Sequence record: MW650886.1
Source of the DNA: Escherichia phage vB_EcoM-ZQ1
DNA: 64,000 bases
Direction: 5' to 3' (one strand)
Part shown: in pieces, positions 1 to 9,211 of the stretch
Position numbering within the stretch: the stretch's first letter is position 1
How the letters are laid out: each line of letters opens with the position of its first letter
Position numbers and translations under genes: made by a program
The notes under the pieces: generated by a model
Databases searched by the model: none
What the model was told of the DNA's origin: nothing
Seen by the model: the letters and a program-made list of their open reading frames with translations, nothing else

Positions 1-20
1 ATACCGCGCCGTTCAATGAA

Positions 21-1388
21 TTGTCATCGCCGTTCTCTATGGAGATCTTCTATGACTGGGGTGAGTCCAGTAATTTGACCATTTCAGAAATCCAGAAGTG
101 GATTGATCGCGGCCAGCATGTTACTGTGGTGATCGAAGATAGTGTTCGTGCTCGTAACCTGAAGATCAAGCAGCTGAAAGATACAGGGACGATAGTCATC
201 GTGGCCAAGCCGAACACATCCTATGTCACCAAGCGCAACCAATCTAAGGACAACCCTGCGTTCAAGAATTCTCAGGCTCTCTATGATTTCTTTGAAACTT
301 GGATTGGTAAAGAAGAAACGACGGTTGATTATCTGTGCTTCGCTGACAAGTTCGTCGATTGGCTGAGTGCGGTGCTGGAGCCTGCCGAAGTCAAGTTCAT
401 GAACGAACTGACGTATGTCACACCCCCGGTCACCAAAGACCCTGGCCTATTTCCGTTCACGCGCAGCAACTTCGACATATACCAGTCTGAAGAACTGACG
501 GGCGACCAGATCTCAGATATCATCAACAAGGGCGAGCGCATCGTCTATATTGAGGTGTCTGGTTATGAGTGTATCCATCAGGTGATGGGCAGAACGTTGA
601 CCGCAGCTGCGGCGCGAGGCATCCGCGAGTCTCTCTACAAACATGCCGTTCACGCGGATGAAGATGGCAAGCCGGTGTATATCAGCGATATGTTGAACGT
701 TCACAACCGAATCTTCTTGGCTCGCCGTAAATCCGTGCCAATGATGAAGAAGTTCCCAGAGGTCTTCATACCGATTGATGAGATTCTGAAGATTATGTTG
801 GAGAATGCCAGGCCGATGCTGGAACGCCACAACGCGATACGGTTGCTGAAATCTCATCAGAGGCTTCACCTTGGTTCTAATCGCCTGAAATACGGGTGTC
901 ATCTGGTAAAACAGGCGTTCGGTGAAGGGGAAGACGGGCGTTATAATCAGCTGGTTAATCGGTATAACCAAATGCTGGATTATGTTGACGATATCTTGGA
1001 CGAACAAACTATCCGCCATTATCAGGCGATGTCGAAGCGTAATGTTTCTCTTCATGAGGTTCGCCGCTTCAAACATTTCCAGGATACGATCAGCACTCTG
1101 AATCTGAATCTGTATACCAATGAGCGGGATGAAAGGGTGTTCCGCGCAGAACAACGCATGTTGCAAATCTTCAGTCACGCATCGGAAGTTCTGAGGATTC
1201 ATGGATTCGTGCCGTTTGATTTACTGAAGACGCCAACACGGAACGCGAAAAAGGCGAACCGCATGACCGTAGAACGTCATCGTGTTGTCCGGTTCTTGAA
1301 AGAGAATTACAAACCAAGCGCCCTGAACCCGATTGAAAATTCTTCGGATTACTTGGACGTTATTTCAAATTCCATCATCAGGGCATAA
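21..1388 (+). CDS. hypothetical protein; start uncertain (frame is open to the window edge, TTG at 21, first ATG at 39), possibly 5'-partial
   Basis: 455-codon ORF with no in-frame stop upstream within the window; no recognisable catalytic motif. Confidence 0.5.
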   Translation: MSSPFSMEIFYDWGESSNLTISEIQKWIDRGQHVTVVIEDSVRARNLKIKQLKDTGTIVIVAKPNTSYVTKRNQSKDNPAFKNSQALYDFFETWIGKEETTVDYLCFADKFVDWLSAVLEPAEVKFMNELTYVTPPVTKDPGLFPFTRSNFDIYQSEELTGDQISDIINKGERIVYIEVSGYECIHQVMGRTLTAAAARGIRESLYKHAVHADEDGKPVYISDMLNVHNRIFLARRKSVPMMKKFPEVFIPIDEILKIMLENARPMLERHNAIRLLKSHQRLHLGSNRLKYGCHLVKQAFGEGEDGRYNQLVNRYNQMLDYVDDILDEQTIRHYQAMSKRNVSLHEVRRFKHFQDTISTLNLNLYTNERDERVFRAEQRMLQIFSHASEVLRIHGFVPFDLLKTPTRNAKKANRMTVERHRVVRFLKENYKPSALNPIENSSDYLDVISNSIIRA

Positions 1389-1419
1389 TAGTCCTGTTAA
1401 CCAACGTGGGAACTACAAG

Positions 1420-2985
1420 ATGAACAAGATTGACGAAAAGATCCTGAAGCATTTGAAGGAAGGCAAAAGCCAGAGCGCAATTGCTACTCTGTTGGGCATA
1501 CCCCGCTCGACTGTACAACGTGTTTCCGACAAGGAAATCGGTGTTGACCCTACTTCGCTGAAATCTCTGACAACAGATCAGATCGCCAATATCCAAAGGG
1601 ATTCGGCGGCAGGTAATGTCAGCAATGCATTCTTGGCCAAGGTGTACGGTGTGTCCGCCAAGACCATTGCTCGCGCTCTGTTGGTCCGCATTACCGAGGA
1701 GGAAAACAAGGTAACTGTGATCTCTCCTATCAAGCCGGAAGAGCAGGAAGTATTCGAGGTCCAACCGGGCGGCACGGCCAAAGACAAAGATGGCACAGAA
1801 TGGTATGTTGGGGCATATCTGCCGAACCACAACAAGTATCTGTGTCTCACTAACGACGACAATTTCAAAGGGGCTTTCTTTGAAAAGTCTGAATTGACTC
1901 CTGTGGAAGGTGATAGTCGTGCTTTCGATGTTGAAGATATCGGCAAGATGGCAGAAATTTCTGTGGCGCTGTCAGAAGGTGCGGACAAAGTCCCGGGCAA
2001 CGTTGAAATCAGCGTTGTGGTTGACGGGGAAACCTATCCTATCCGTGGATCCTTGGATGCCCGTCGCCGTGTTGGTTACTTTGATGGCATCCTCGGTCGC
2101 ACCCTGCGCCTGGCTCTGTCTTCTGTAGAATTCGCCGTCGCTGTCAAAGACGTTGAAGAAGTGGCTGATGATAAGAAGACCAAGCAGGACTTCGGCGCGA
2201 AAGACCTGGACGTGTTCCTGAACGAACACCAGATCCTGATTCTTCCTGACAGCGTTGTTATCGCGATTGACGGCAAGCCGGAAACGATCACCACTTCACA
2301 CCCGGCCTATGACCGCATCGTACAGGCGATCAAAGACAAAGACGTGAAACTGGCATACTCGCTGATGCGCCCCCGTGAAGCCATCGCGAAGTACGCTGCT
2401 GGTCTAGTAGACGTGTCTGACAACCGTGTCCGCTGGTCCGGTCATGACATCACAGGCACATCCATCGCCAAGCGTGTACTGGCGCTGATGCTGAAGGGTG
2501 ACTTCCACAACCTGGACCGCATGGCGAAGTTTATGGACAAAATGTTCCAGAACCCGTCAGCTTCTCTGGTTCAGTCTGGGCGCATCTATGAGTTCATGGC
2601 GTACTCTGACATCGAAATTGACGACGACGGTGACATCATCCTCTACAAATCGGTGCGCGGCAACTACATGGACAAGCACAGCAACACGATCAGCAACGCC
2701 CCAGGCACTATCGTGCGGATGGCTCGCTCATTCGTGAACGACAACAACTCTGAACTGTGTTCATACGGTTTGCACGTTTGCTCCCTGGCCTATCTGAAAC
2801 AGTGCTTCGGTTCTGTTGGCCAGCGTGTCGTTCGCTGTAAGCTGAACCCGCGTGACATCGTGTCGGTCACCGATGATTTTGGTTCAAGCAAAATCCGCTG
2901 CTGTGAATACCTGGTGTTGGATGACTACACCGCTGAGTACAACCGCCAGCACAAGTCTATTGACGTGACAGGTCTGTACAAGTAA
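1420..2985 (+). CDS. hypothetical protein with N-terminal helix-turn-helix-like segment
   Basis: ATG at 1420 follows the stop of the upstream gene (1386-1388); N-terminus ...SQSAIATLLGIPRSTVQRV... resembles an HTH; rest unassigned. Confidence 0.5.
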   Translation: MNKIDEKILKHLKEGKSQSAIATLLGIPRSTVQRVSDKEIGVDPTSLKSLTTDQIANIQRDSAAGNVSNAFLAKVYGVSAKTIARALLVRITEEENKVTVISPIKPEEQEVFEVQPGGTAKDKDGTEWYVGAYLPNHNKYLCLTNDDNFKGAFFEKSELTPVEGDSRAFDVEDIGKMAEISVALSEGADKVPGNVEISVVVDGETYPIRGSLDARRRVGYFDGILGRTLRLALSSVEFAVAVKDVEEVADDKKTKQDFGAKDLDVFLNEHQILILPDSVVIAIDGKPETITTSHPAYDRIVQAIKDKDVKLAYSLMRPREAIAKYAAGLVDVSDNRVRWSGHDITGTSIAKRVLALMLKGDFHNLDRMAKFMDKMFQNPSASLVQSGRIYEFMAYSDIEIDDDGDIILYKSVRGNYMDKHSNTISNAPGTIVRMARSFVNDNNSELCSYGLHVCSLAYLKQCFGSVGQRVVRCKLNPRDIVSVTDDFGSSKIRCCEYLVLDDYTAEYNRQHKSIDVTGLYK

Positions 2986-3002
2986 CCAAACCCCATCCAC
3001 CA

Positions 3003-3027
3003 AGGAGGCTTCGGCCTCCTTTCAGTT
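3003..3027 (+). terminator. GC-stem hairpin with UUCG tetraloop (aggaggc-TTCG-gcctcct) followed by a short T-rich tract
   Basis: 7-bp perfect stem read directly, 18 nt after the stop at 2985; U-tract is weak. Confidence 0.5.
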
Positions 3028-3209
3028 CGAAGGCGAGACCAGGGAATACTCCCACAAGAACTTTCCTCCCCGTGATGTTCATGACCAACAGTTCGTGAAA
3101 TTGTTCTGTCGCTGTGGTGGTTGCGACTTCACAGACGAAGGATACGCGATGCACGTATACTGCTGCAATTGCTGTGGTAAATACGTAACAGTCTATAGGA
3201 GAACCAAAC

Positions 3210-3635
3210 ATGGCGAAGAAACCTGAAGTCAAGAAAGTTGAAATTAAAACCGAAGCCCCAGTCGATGACATCCAGGCGAAGGAGGAAGGTGTGTTGCCTA
3301 CCTACCTACAACGCGCCATCGATAACATCCCTCCAGGGGGAGACGGAGGCGTCGTCTACGCTGGCGGGTACGGTTGGGTGTGCGAATACCAAGACGGCAC
3401 GAAGGAACTCCTCCAGGAGCTTCCAGGGCTGGCTGCGACCCTCAAGCGTTATGGTCGCGACAAGTTCGGCAAGCCGTTTGAAACCGGGGCTGTGATTGAA
3501 ACCAACATCACAGTCGAGACTCTGAACCTGCTGGGTGAAGATGATCTCAAGTTGTTGGCTGCGCCGCTGGGTATCACAGAAGAAGATCGCATTCAGCTGA
3601 TTGCGAAGCTGATCGAAAAATTGCAGATTAAATAA
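3210..3635 (+). CDS. hypothetical protein
   Basis: 141-aa ORF; AGGAGA Shine-Dalgarno about 8 nt upstream of the ATG. Confidence 0.5.
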   Translation: MAKKPEVKKVEIKTEAPVDDIQAKEEGVLPTYLQRAIDNIPPGGDGGVVYAGGYGWVCEYQDGTKELLQELPGLAATLKRYGRDKFGKPFETGAVIETNITVETLNLLGEDDLKLLAAPLGITEEDRIQLIAKLIEKLQIK

Positions 3636-3665
3636 GCCGGTGTACAACAGCTGAACTTATTCAAT

Positions 3666-4058
3666 ATGCCTATCGTTGACGAAAGCAACTTGATGGATTA
3701 TGCACTGAGGCATTATATTGTAGATTCTGTCTCGTGGGATGAACTGCTGGTAGACATTCAGCGGATTTCGCTAATTAATCAATCATTGAAGAGATTTGTC
3801 CCTGGTAAGAGTCCTCGGTTGATTCTCAATCAATTGATTACTGTCTTCAATACGTTCGAAACAGAGGCTGCTTGTCGCATGCTCGTTTTGAAGGTGGATA
3901 AGCCCCAGTTGCCACGCCTCAAGGCTGCTTTGTTGACATTAGGCGTATGGCGCGATGATTTATGTTCCGGTTCATACGAACCAGATAATGAGCTGATGAT
4001 GGCTCTGAACAACGATTTGGATGAGTGGAGGAAACCATGCCAACGATCACTGTATTAG
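3666..4058 (+). CDS. hypothetical protein
   Basis: 130-aa ORF, co-directional and tightly packed with neighbours. Confidence 0.45.
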   Translation: MPIVDESNLMDYALRHYIVDSVSWDELLVDIQRISLINQSLKRFVPGKSPRLILNQLITVFNTFETEAACRMLVLKVDKPQLPRLKAALLTLGVWRDDLCSGSYEPDNELMMALNNDLDEWRKPCQRSLY

Positions 4059-4846
4059 TAGCACCGGAAGTTGTTCGCAACAAACCGGAAACTGAGCGTC
4101 TTCACACTGTAACAGGTACTGCTCGGGGTTGGGAAAAGACCAGTCTTAACCAAGACCCAGACGAGATCCTGACTGAGTGTAAAGGTCTGGATGCACTGCT
4201 GACCAAGAGCAATTTGCAGGCCGATGGCGTCACCAAAGTGGATCCAACCAAGCCCGTTGGCTTCCAGCTGTCTTATGAAATCCACGACCCAAGCGCTGTG
4301 CTGACCACTGGCCTGACCATCACCCCTGAAACTGCTAATGGTGAAGTCGGTCAGGTTGTTGAACTGAAGGCGGTCGTCGCTCCGGAGAACGCGACCTACC
4401 AGGGTGTCAACTGGTACTCTGGCGATCTGACCAAAGCTGTGCATATCGGTGGTGGTAAATTCAAGCTGCTGGCGCCGGGTTCAGTGACTGTTTACGGTGT
4501 AACCATCGAAGGTGACCACACTGACTCTACCGTCATCACAGTGGCTGGCGCTCTGTCTCTGTCTACCGATCTGGCTGCTTCTCAGGATGTAACAACAGGT
4601 GAATCCGCAACCTTCACCATCGCTGCTACAGGCGGCACTACCCCATACACACATACTTGGTACTTCTCTGATGTCCCTGGTGGTGAAGGTGAGGTGATCG
4701 ATGCTGGCACTAACCCCACTGCTGCAACTGCGAGCCTGGTTATCACCACAGTTGCTGCCGAAAACGAGGGTGAGTACTGGTGTGTTGTTGAAGACGCTGA
4801 CGGCCACTCTGTGACCTCTACTCGTTGCGAAATGGCTGCGGTCTAA
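4037..4846 (+). CDS. Ig-like domain protein (Hoc-like fold candidate)
   Basis: ATG at 4037 preceded by GGAGGA; C-terminal half has Ig-type pattern ...TFTIAATGG...YTHTWYF...EGEYWCVVEDADG... (G-x-Y-x-C motif). Confidence 0.5.
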   Translation: MPTITVLVAPEVVRNKPETERLHTVTGTARGWEKTSLNQDPDEILTECKGLDALLTKSNLQADGVTKVDPTKPVGFQLSYEIHDPSAVLTTGLTITPETANGEVGQVVELKAVVAPENATYQGVNWYSGDLTKAVHIGGGKFKLLAPGSVTVYGVTIEGDHTDSTVITVAGALSLSTDLAASQDVTTGESATFTIAATGGTTPYTHTWYFSDVPGGEGEVIDAGTNPTAATASLVITTVAAENEGEYWCVVEDADGHSVTSTRCEMAAV

Positions 4847-4848
4847 TC

Positions 4849-5082
4849 ATGAAAGGCTTCCAGGACTTCCTTGAAGACTCGGCAGCCCCCGGAACCACGA
4901 CCGCCGATGTGGGGAAACCCGAAGGCGGTATGGTGAAAGAGCCTGTCAAGAAGCCCAAGGATCTTGAGGAAGAACAAGAGCAGACCTCCTTCCAAAAGAT
5001 CTTTGGAAACATCTTCAAAGACCTCGACCTGAAGAATGCGCGAAAGTGGAACTTCAGGACAGGCAAATATGAAGAGGAATGA
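4849..5082 (+). CDS. hypothetical acidic/lysine-rich small protein
   Basis: ATG at 4849 directly after the stop of the upstream gene (4844-4846). Confidence 0.4.
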   Translation: MKGFQDFLEDSAAPGTTTADVGKPEGGMVKEPVKKPKDLEEEQEQTSFQKIFGNIFKDLDLKNARKWNFRTGKYEEE

Positions 5083-5110
5083 GCCATGAACGCGATGATC
5101 ATGGGTTAAC

Positions 5111-5133
5111 AAAAGAGGCTCCGGCCTCTTTTT
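5111..5133 (+). terminator. rho-independent terminator (agaggc-TCCG-gcctct then TTTT)
   Basis: perfect 6-bp GC stem, tetraloop and T-run about 30 nt after the stop at 5082; a TATAAT hexamer follows at 5152-5157. Confidence 0.6.
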
Positions 5134-5200
5134 CATTTCCAGCATTTAGTGTATAATGGACCCGTTCCCCATGAGCGGAACCTAACTGAGGATACACCAA

Positions 5201-5701
5201 ATGAAATCCATGGTCAAACGTAAAGTTGAAATCTCCCTGACTGCCCATATTGAAATGGTCCAACAACTTATCCTGGATGCGTATGAAATCCAGAAAGATC
5301 GCCAATCGAGGGGAGGTGTGACGGACCCCACCTGTCCTGGAAACATACTGTACTATCGCATGCTGCGCCAGACTGGGCACACCGCCGCGCTGAAGAAGAT
5401 TCTGTCCTATGATTTCCAGACAGAGAACAACCTCAACATCATGGGCGTCTTCCATAGCGTTAGTGAACGCGATTCTTTCTTCCGCTCCCGAGCAGGCGCG
5501 GATGTATCATTGCCCGATGTAGACAAGAAACAGCACACGACAACCATCTCCCATTACATGGGCACGGATATCGATAAAGCAAACATCATCGTGTTCTCTG
5601 ATACGTTGCATGACCCCAAGCGCCTTGCATCTGCGCATGAAATGCTGCGGGAAGGTCGCAGCACCCTCACTAATTTGACTTTAGTAGTGTTTCTGGGCTA
5701 G
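5201..5701 (+). CDS. hypothetical protein
   Basis: 166-aa ORF; GAGGA upstream of the ATG. Confidence 0.5.
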   Translation: MKSMVKRKVEISLTAHIEMVQQLILDAYEIQKDRQSRGGVTDPTCPGNILYYRMLRQTGHTAALKKILSYDFQTENNLNIMGVFHSVSERDSFFRSRAGADVSLPDVDKKQHTTTISHYMGTDIDKANIIVFSDTLHDPKRLASAHEMLREGRSTLTNLTLVVFLG

Positions 5702-5746
5702 ATAGTTACAGGGGAGGAAACTCCCCGCTTCAACCAGGAGGCGCAT

Positions 5747-5944
5747 ATGTTCAGGTTCAAGATCTACAAAGAACGAAACTCGTTCAAATTCGGTGTCGTC
5801 GCTGGGGTGTGTTTCTTCCTGACGATCGAAAACGTGATCGGGCTGCTCACAATACCACAAATGCAGATAACCCGATTTGTCCTTGCTATCGTATTCGCCG
5901 CTATCGGCTTGGCCTGTAGTTATATGGGCTGCATGAAGAAGTAA
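5747..5944 (+). CDS. small membrane protein (two predicted TM helices)
   Basis: 65-aa ORF with two hydrophobic stretches (VVAGVCFFLTI...; FVLAIVFAAIGLA). Confidence 0.4.
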   Translation: MFRFKIYKERNSFKFGVVAGVCFFLTIENVIGLLTIPQMQITRFVLAIVFAAIGLACSYMGCMKK

Positions 5945-5986
5945 TTTCACTACACACAGCAATACTTTGATTTGAGAAACTACATC

Positions 5987-6475
5987 ATGATGCTGTTAAT
6001 GAGCGTTCCACAGAACAAGATGACCCCTGCAACAGAGGGCAAGAATCACTTCAACATCTACAGCCGGAGCCAGACGGAACTCGGGCGCTTCCTCTCGCAT
6101 TTTACCCATCATCCAATGACTACCCATGAACATGGTGTGTTTAACTCCATGGAGGGGTACTGGTATTGGCTGAAGTATAGGGATGACAACCTGCGCCTGC
6201 TCGACGGTTATGAGGCCAAGCAATATGGACAGGGATTGGCGGCTTCCCGCGTCATTGTCCTGGACCCGTCTACCGAAGAATTCAAGCGCGATATCCTATT
6301 TGCAACTAGCATGAAACTCCAGACAATGCCTGAACGTCTGAAGATCAGATTGGCGTACAGTCGCCTACCCCTGATCCATGCATATGTTCAGAACGGGAAA
6401 TACAGTTTTCAAAACTCTATGGACTATATCATTGCCCACATTAATCGTCTCCGCATACAAGGAACTTTGAAATGA
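5987..6475 (+). CDS. hypothetical protein
   Basis: ORF track begins at TTG 5972; first ATG is at 5987. Confidence 0.45.
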   Translation: MMLLMSVPQNKMTPATEGKNHFNIYSRSQTELGRFLSHFTHHPMTTHEHGVFNSMEGYWYWLKYRDDNLRLLDGYEAKQYGQGLAASRVIVLDPSTEEFKRDILFATSMKLQTMPERLKIRLAYSRLPLIHAYVQNGKYSFQNSMDYIIAHINRLRIQGTLK

Positions 6476-7053
6476 AATTTCTACACACTATCGTCGACAC
6501 TTCTTATGACTGCACTGCTCATACCCCAGACCGTTCGCCTGTGTTTGTTCTGAACAAACTAGGTGAAGAGATCTGTGAACTGTCTGATGTGTTTCATGGC
6601 ATAGTATCTTCCGAGCCGTTGAATGGCGAAGTTGCTGATGTCATTATCTCTGCTATTGACCTTCTGTACGTCATGGATTATGACGACGTCCAATTGCGCG
6701 GCTCTCTGAACAAGGCCGAAATGATCGACTCTGTCATCAACCACATGGCGACAGTGAACGATATTTCTTCTAATCTGTTGGAAGAAGACTGGTTCCGTCT
6801 GATTGATCGTGATCCTCAAAAGCATCTGAATCTTATCCATCATTATCATGGCCGGATTATCCGATTGTGCAACCAGCCTTATCGCAGTCAAGACAGATTG
6901 GATCAACTCGTCAATGACCTAATCAAGCATGTTGCGCGCATGGGGTGTGGGGAAGGGGCGATACGTGGATCCTCTTTGATGGCCACTCGCATTAAAGTGG
7001 AGCACGCTATTGAACACAAGGTTGAAAAGTGGCGTACTGAATTTGGCTTATGA
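6472..7053 (+). CDS. MazG-like all-alpha nucleoside triphosphate pyrophosphohydrolase candidate
   Basis: ATGA overlap with the upstream gene; motifs LGEEICELSD (E-E-x-x-E) and GEVADVIISAIDLL (E-x-x-D) typical of MazG/HisE-type NTP-PPases. Confidence 0.4.
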   Translation: MKFLHTIVDTSYDCTAHTPDRSPVFVLNKLGEEICELSDVFHGIVSSEPLNGEVADVIISAIDLLYVMDYDDVQLRGSLNKAEMIDSVINHMATVNDISSNLLEEDWFRLIDRDPQKHLNLIHHYHGRIIRLCNQPYRSQDRLDQLVNDLIKHVARMGCGEGAIRGSSLMATRIKVEHAIEHKVEKWRTEFGL

Positions 7054-7319
7054 ATAACATACAACCTTGGGAACACCCGACTGTCGTAAAGACGGGTAAA
7101 TCCCGACAATGGCTCTTGGCTGGTGAATTCTTTGAATGGTGGTATAGTAACGGTGAAGACAAAGTGAAGAACCGTTATTGTTTAATGTTGAAAGAAACCG
7201 GGTTAAGCTCTGTGTGTTCTAAGGCCACAGCACAAACTTGTATATCTAAATTTCAGAAAGGTTGGATACCAAAAGAAGATTCCGCCTGGTTGAAATTTTA
7301 CGGAGATAATAATGGTTGA
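7050..7319 (+). CDS. hypothetical protein
   Basis: 89-aa ORF, ATGA-coupled to the upstream gene. Confidence 0.4.
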   Translation: MNNIQPWEHPTVVKTGKSRQWLLAGEFFEWWYSNGEDKVKNRYCLMLKETGLSSVCSKATAQTCISKFQKGWIPKEDSAWLKFYGDNNG

Positions 7320-9210
7320 TGTAAACAGAAAATACAAAAAGCTCTCACACATCGAGCATATACTCCTTCGCCCAGAGCGCCATCTAGGGAGTATCCGTTC
7401 TTCTGTCGGGATGGCTTGGGTATATGATCTCAGCAAAGACAAAGTTGTGTTTAAAGACAATTTTGAATATAACCCCGCTCTTATCAAACAGTTTGATGAA
7501 ATCATCACCAACTGTGTTGACCACAGCAAGACCCCTGAGGGCAAATCCCTGACGGAAATCACCGTCACAGTTTCCCCGATGAACGGTCAAATCATCGTTG
7601 CTGACAACGGGGGTATCCCTGTGGTCAAGCATGAATCTGGTATGTGGTTGCCAGAAATGTTATTTTCAGAATTGTTTGCTGGATCGAACTTCAACGACGA
7701 AGACGAAGAGTACAACAACCAGAAGTCCGGTGGTCAGAATGGCGAAGGGGCGTCCCTCGTCAACGTGTTCTCCAAATGGTTCCGCGTCACGACTAATGAC
7801 GGCAAGAAGTCTTATACTCAGACGTTTGAAGACAACATGAGCAAGAAATCTAACCCAGTCATCAGCAACGTGAACAGTCCTGGCACATCCATCGCCTGGA
7901 TCCCTGACTATGCTCGTCTGGGCGTCAAAGGACTTGACCAGAACAACCTGCTGATGATCTATCGCCGCGCGTTTGAAGTGGCTGCGTGTAACCCGCGCCT
8001 GAAGATTGTTCTCAACGGGAAGCAAATCCGGATTGACCGCTTTGGCCATTTCGTTGATTACTTCCATGCTGGCTCGGCTGTTGACGAAACCGGGGATTGG
8101 TCTGTTGCTGTAGCCCCTTCATCCGGTACGTTCATGCACGCATCATACGTGAACTCTATTGCCACCCACATCGGTGGTCCTCACGTTGATTATGTTGCCG
8201 ACCAGATCGTGGCAGCGATTCGTCCCCAGCTGGTGAAGAAGTTCAAGACCGAGCTGAAGCCAGCAATGATCAAGAACCACATGTCCTTGTTCATCGCTGC
8301 CGACATCAACAACCCGCGCTTTGACAGCCAGACCAAGGAGCGCATGACCACTCCTGTCAGCCAGTTCGGTACGTCGTACAAGCCCAGCGATAAACTGATC
8401 CGCAAGGCGCTTGAGTTCGTTACGGCTGGTCTGAGCAAAGAACTGGCTTCCCTACGCAATGAGCAGGATGATGCTGAGTTTGAAAAGGCCAAGAAGGATA
8501 TCAGCAAGCGGGATTATCGTGAGATTGAGAAGTATTACCCGGCGACCGCCCGTGGTGACCGCAGCGGATGCTCCTTGCTGCTGACCGAGGGTGATAGTGC
8601 ATCCAACCCTATCCTGAACGCCCGTGACACCAAGAAGATCGGGTTGTTCCCGCTTCGTGGTAAGTTCATCAACTGCCTGAACGCCCCGCGCTCAAAGGTG
8701 ATGAACAATGAAGAGTTCAAGAACCTGTGTACGATCCACGGCGGCGCAGTGCCAGGCCAGCCCCTTGATATCACCCGTTACCCACAGACTGTTGTGGCTA
8801 CCGATGCGGACGATGACGGCATCCACATCCGTGGGTTGTTGATCACCCTGTATTGCACCTACTGGCCGGAGTACGTCCGTCAGGGCAGGCTGAAGCTCCT
8901 GCGCACCCCTTACATGCGTGTGTGGTGTGGTAAGGTGATGCATGAGTTCATGAACAACGCCGAGTATGAGGAGTTCCTGAAGACTCCCGATGCCAAGAAG
9001 ATCACGAAGAAGAAATATCTGAAAGGTCTGGGTGGTAACAGCACTGAAGACTTCAAACGTATTCTAAACAACCTGGATGCGTATACTACGACAGTCACGC
9101 TGGACGATGGCTACCAACAGTCACTGAAGAATGGCTTCGGTGATGAGGCCGCCGATTACCGCAAAACCTGGTTTAGCGATGTTTGTCTATTTGAGACTGA
9201 GGATGAATAA
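7312..9210 (+). CDS. DNA topoisomerase II large subunit (T4 gp39-like, probably including the gp60-equivalent region)
   Basis: 632 aa; GyrB-type ATPase N-terminus (LSHIEHILLRPERHLGS), Toprim-like region (LLLTEGDSAS...DADDDG). Confidence 0.85.
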   Translation: MVDVNRKYKKLSHIEHILLRPERHLGSIRSSVGMAWVYDLSKDKVVFKDNFEYNPALIKQFDEIITNCVDHSKTPEGKSLTEITVTVSPMNGQIIVADNGGIPVVKHESGMWLPEMLFSELFAGSNFNDEDEEYNNQKSGGQNGEGASLVNVFSKWFRVTTNDGKKSYTQTFEDNMSKKSNPVISNVNSPGTSIAWIPDYARLGVKGLDQNNLLMIYRRAFEVAACNPRLKIVLNGKQIRIDRFGHFVDYFHAGSAVDETGDWSVAVAPSSGTFMHASYVNSIATHIGGPHVDYVADQIVAAIRPQLVKKFKTELKPAMIKNHMSLFIAADINNPRFDSQTKERMTTPVSQFGTSYKPSDKLIRKALEFVTAGLSKELASLRNEQDDAEFEKAKKDISKRDYREIEKYYPATARGDRSGCSLLLTEGDSASNPILNARDTKKIGLFPLRGKFINCLNAPRSKVMNNEEFKNLCTIHGGAVPGQPLDITRYPQTVVATDADDDGIHIRGLLITLYCTYWPEYVRQGRLKLLRTPYMRVWCGKVMHEFMNNAEYEEFLKTPDAKKITKKKYLKGLGGNSTEDFKRILNNLDAYTTTVTLDDGYQQSLKNGFGDEAADYRKTWFSDVCLFETEDE

Positions 9211-9211
9211 T

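Noticed and set aside
513-1202. 229-aa minus-strand ORF inside the first plus-strand gene
   Set aside because: Fully embedded antisense in a long co-directional plus-strand gene; no RBS or motif
3095-3226. GTG-initiated 43-codon Cys-rich micro-ORF (KLFCRCGGCDF...CCNCCGK) in the intergenic region before 3210
   Set aside because: No Shine-Dalgarno, non-ATG start and overlap with the next gene start; possible but unsupported
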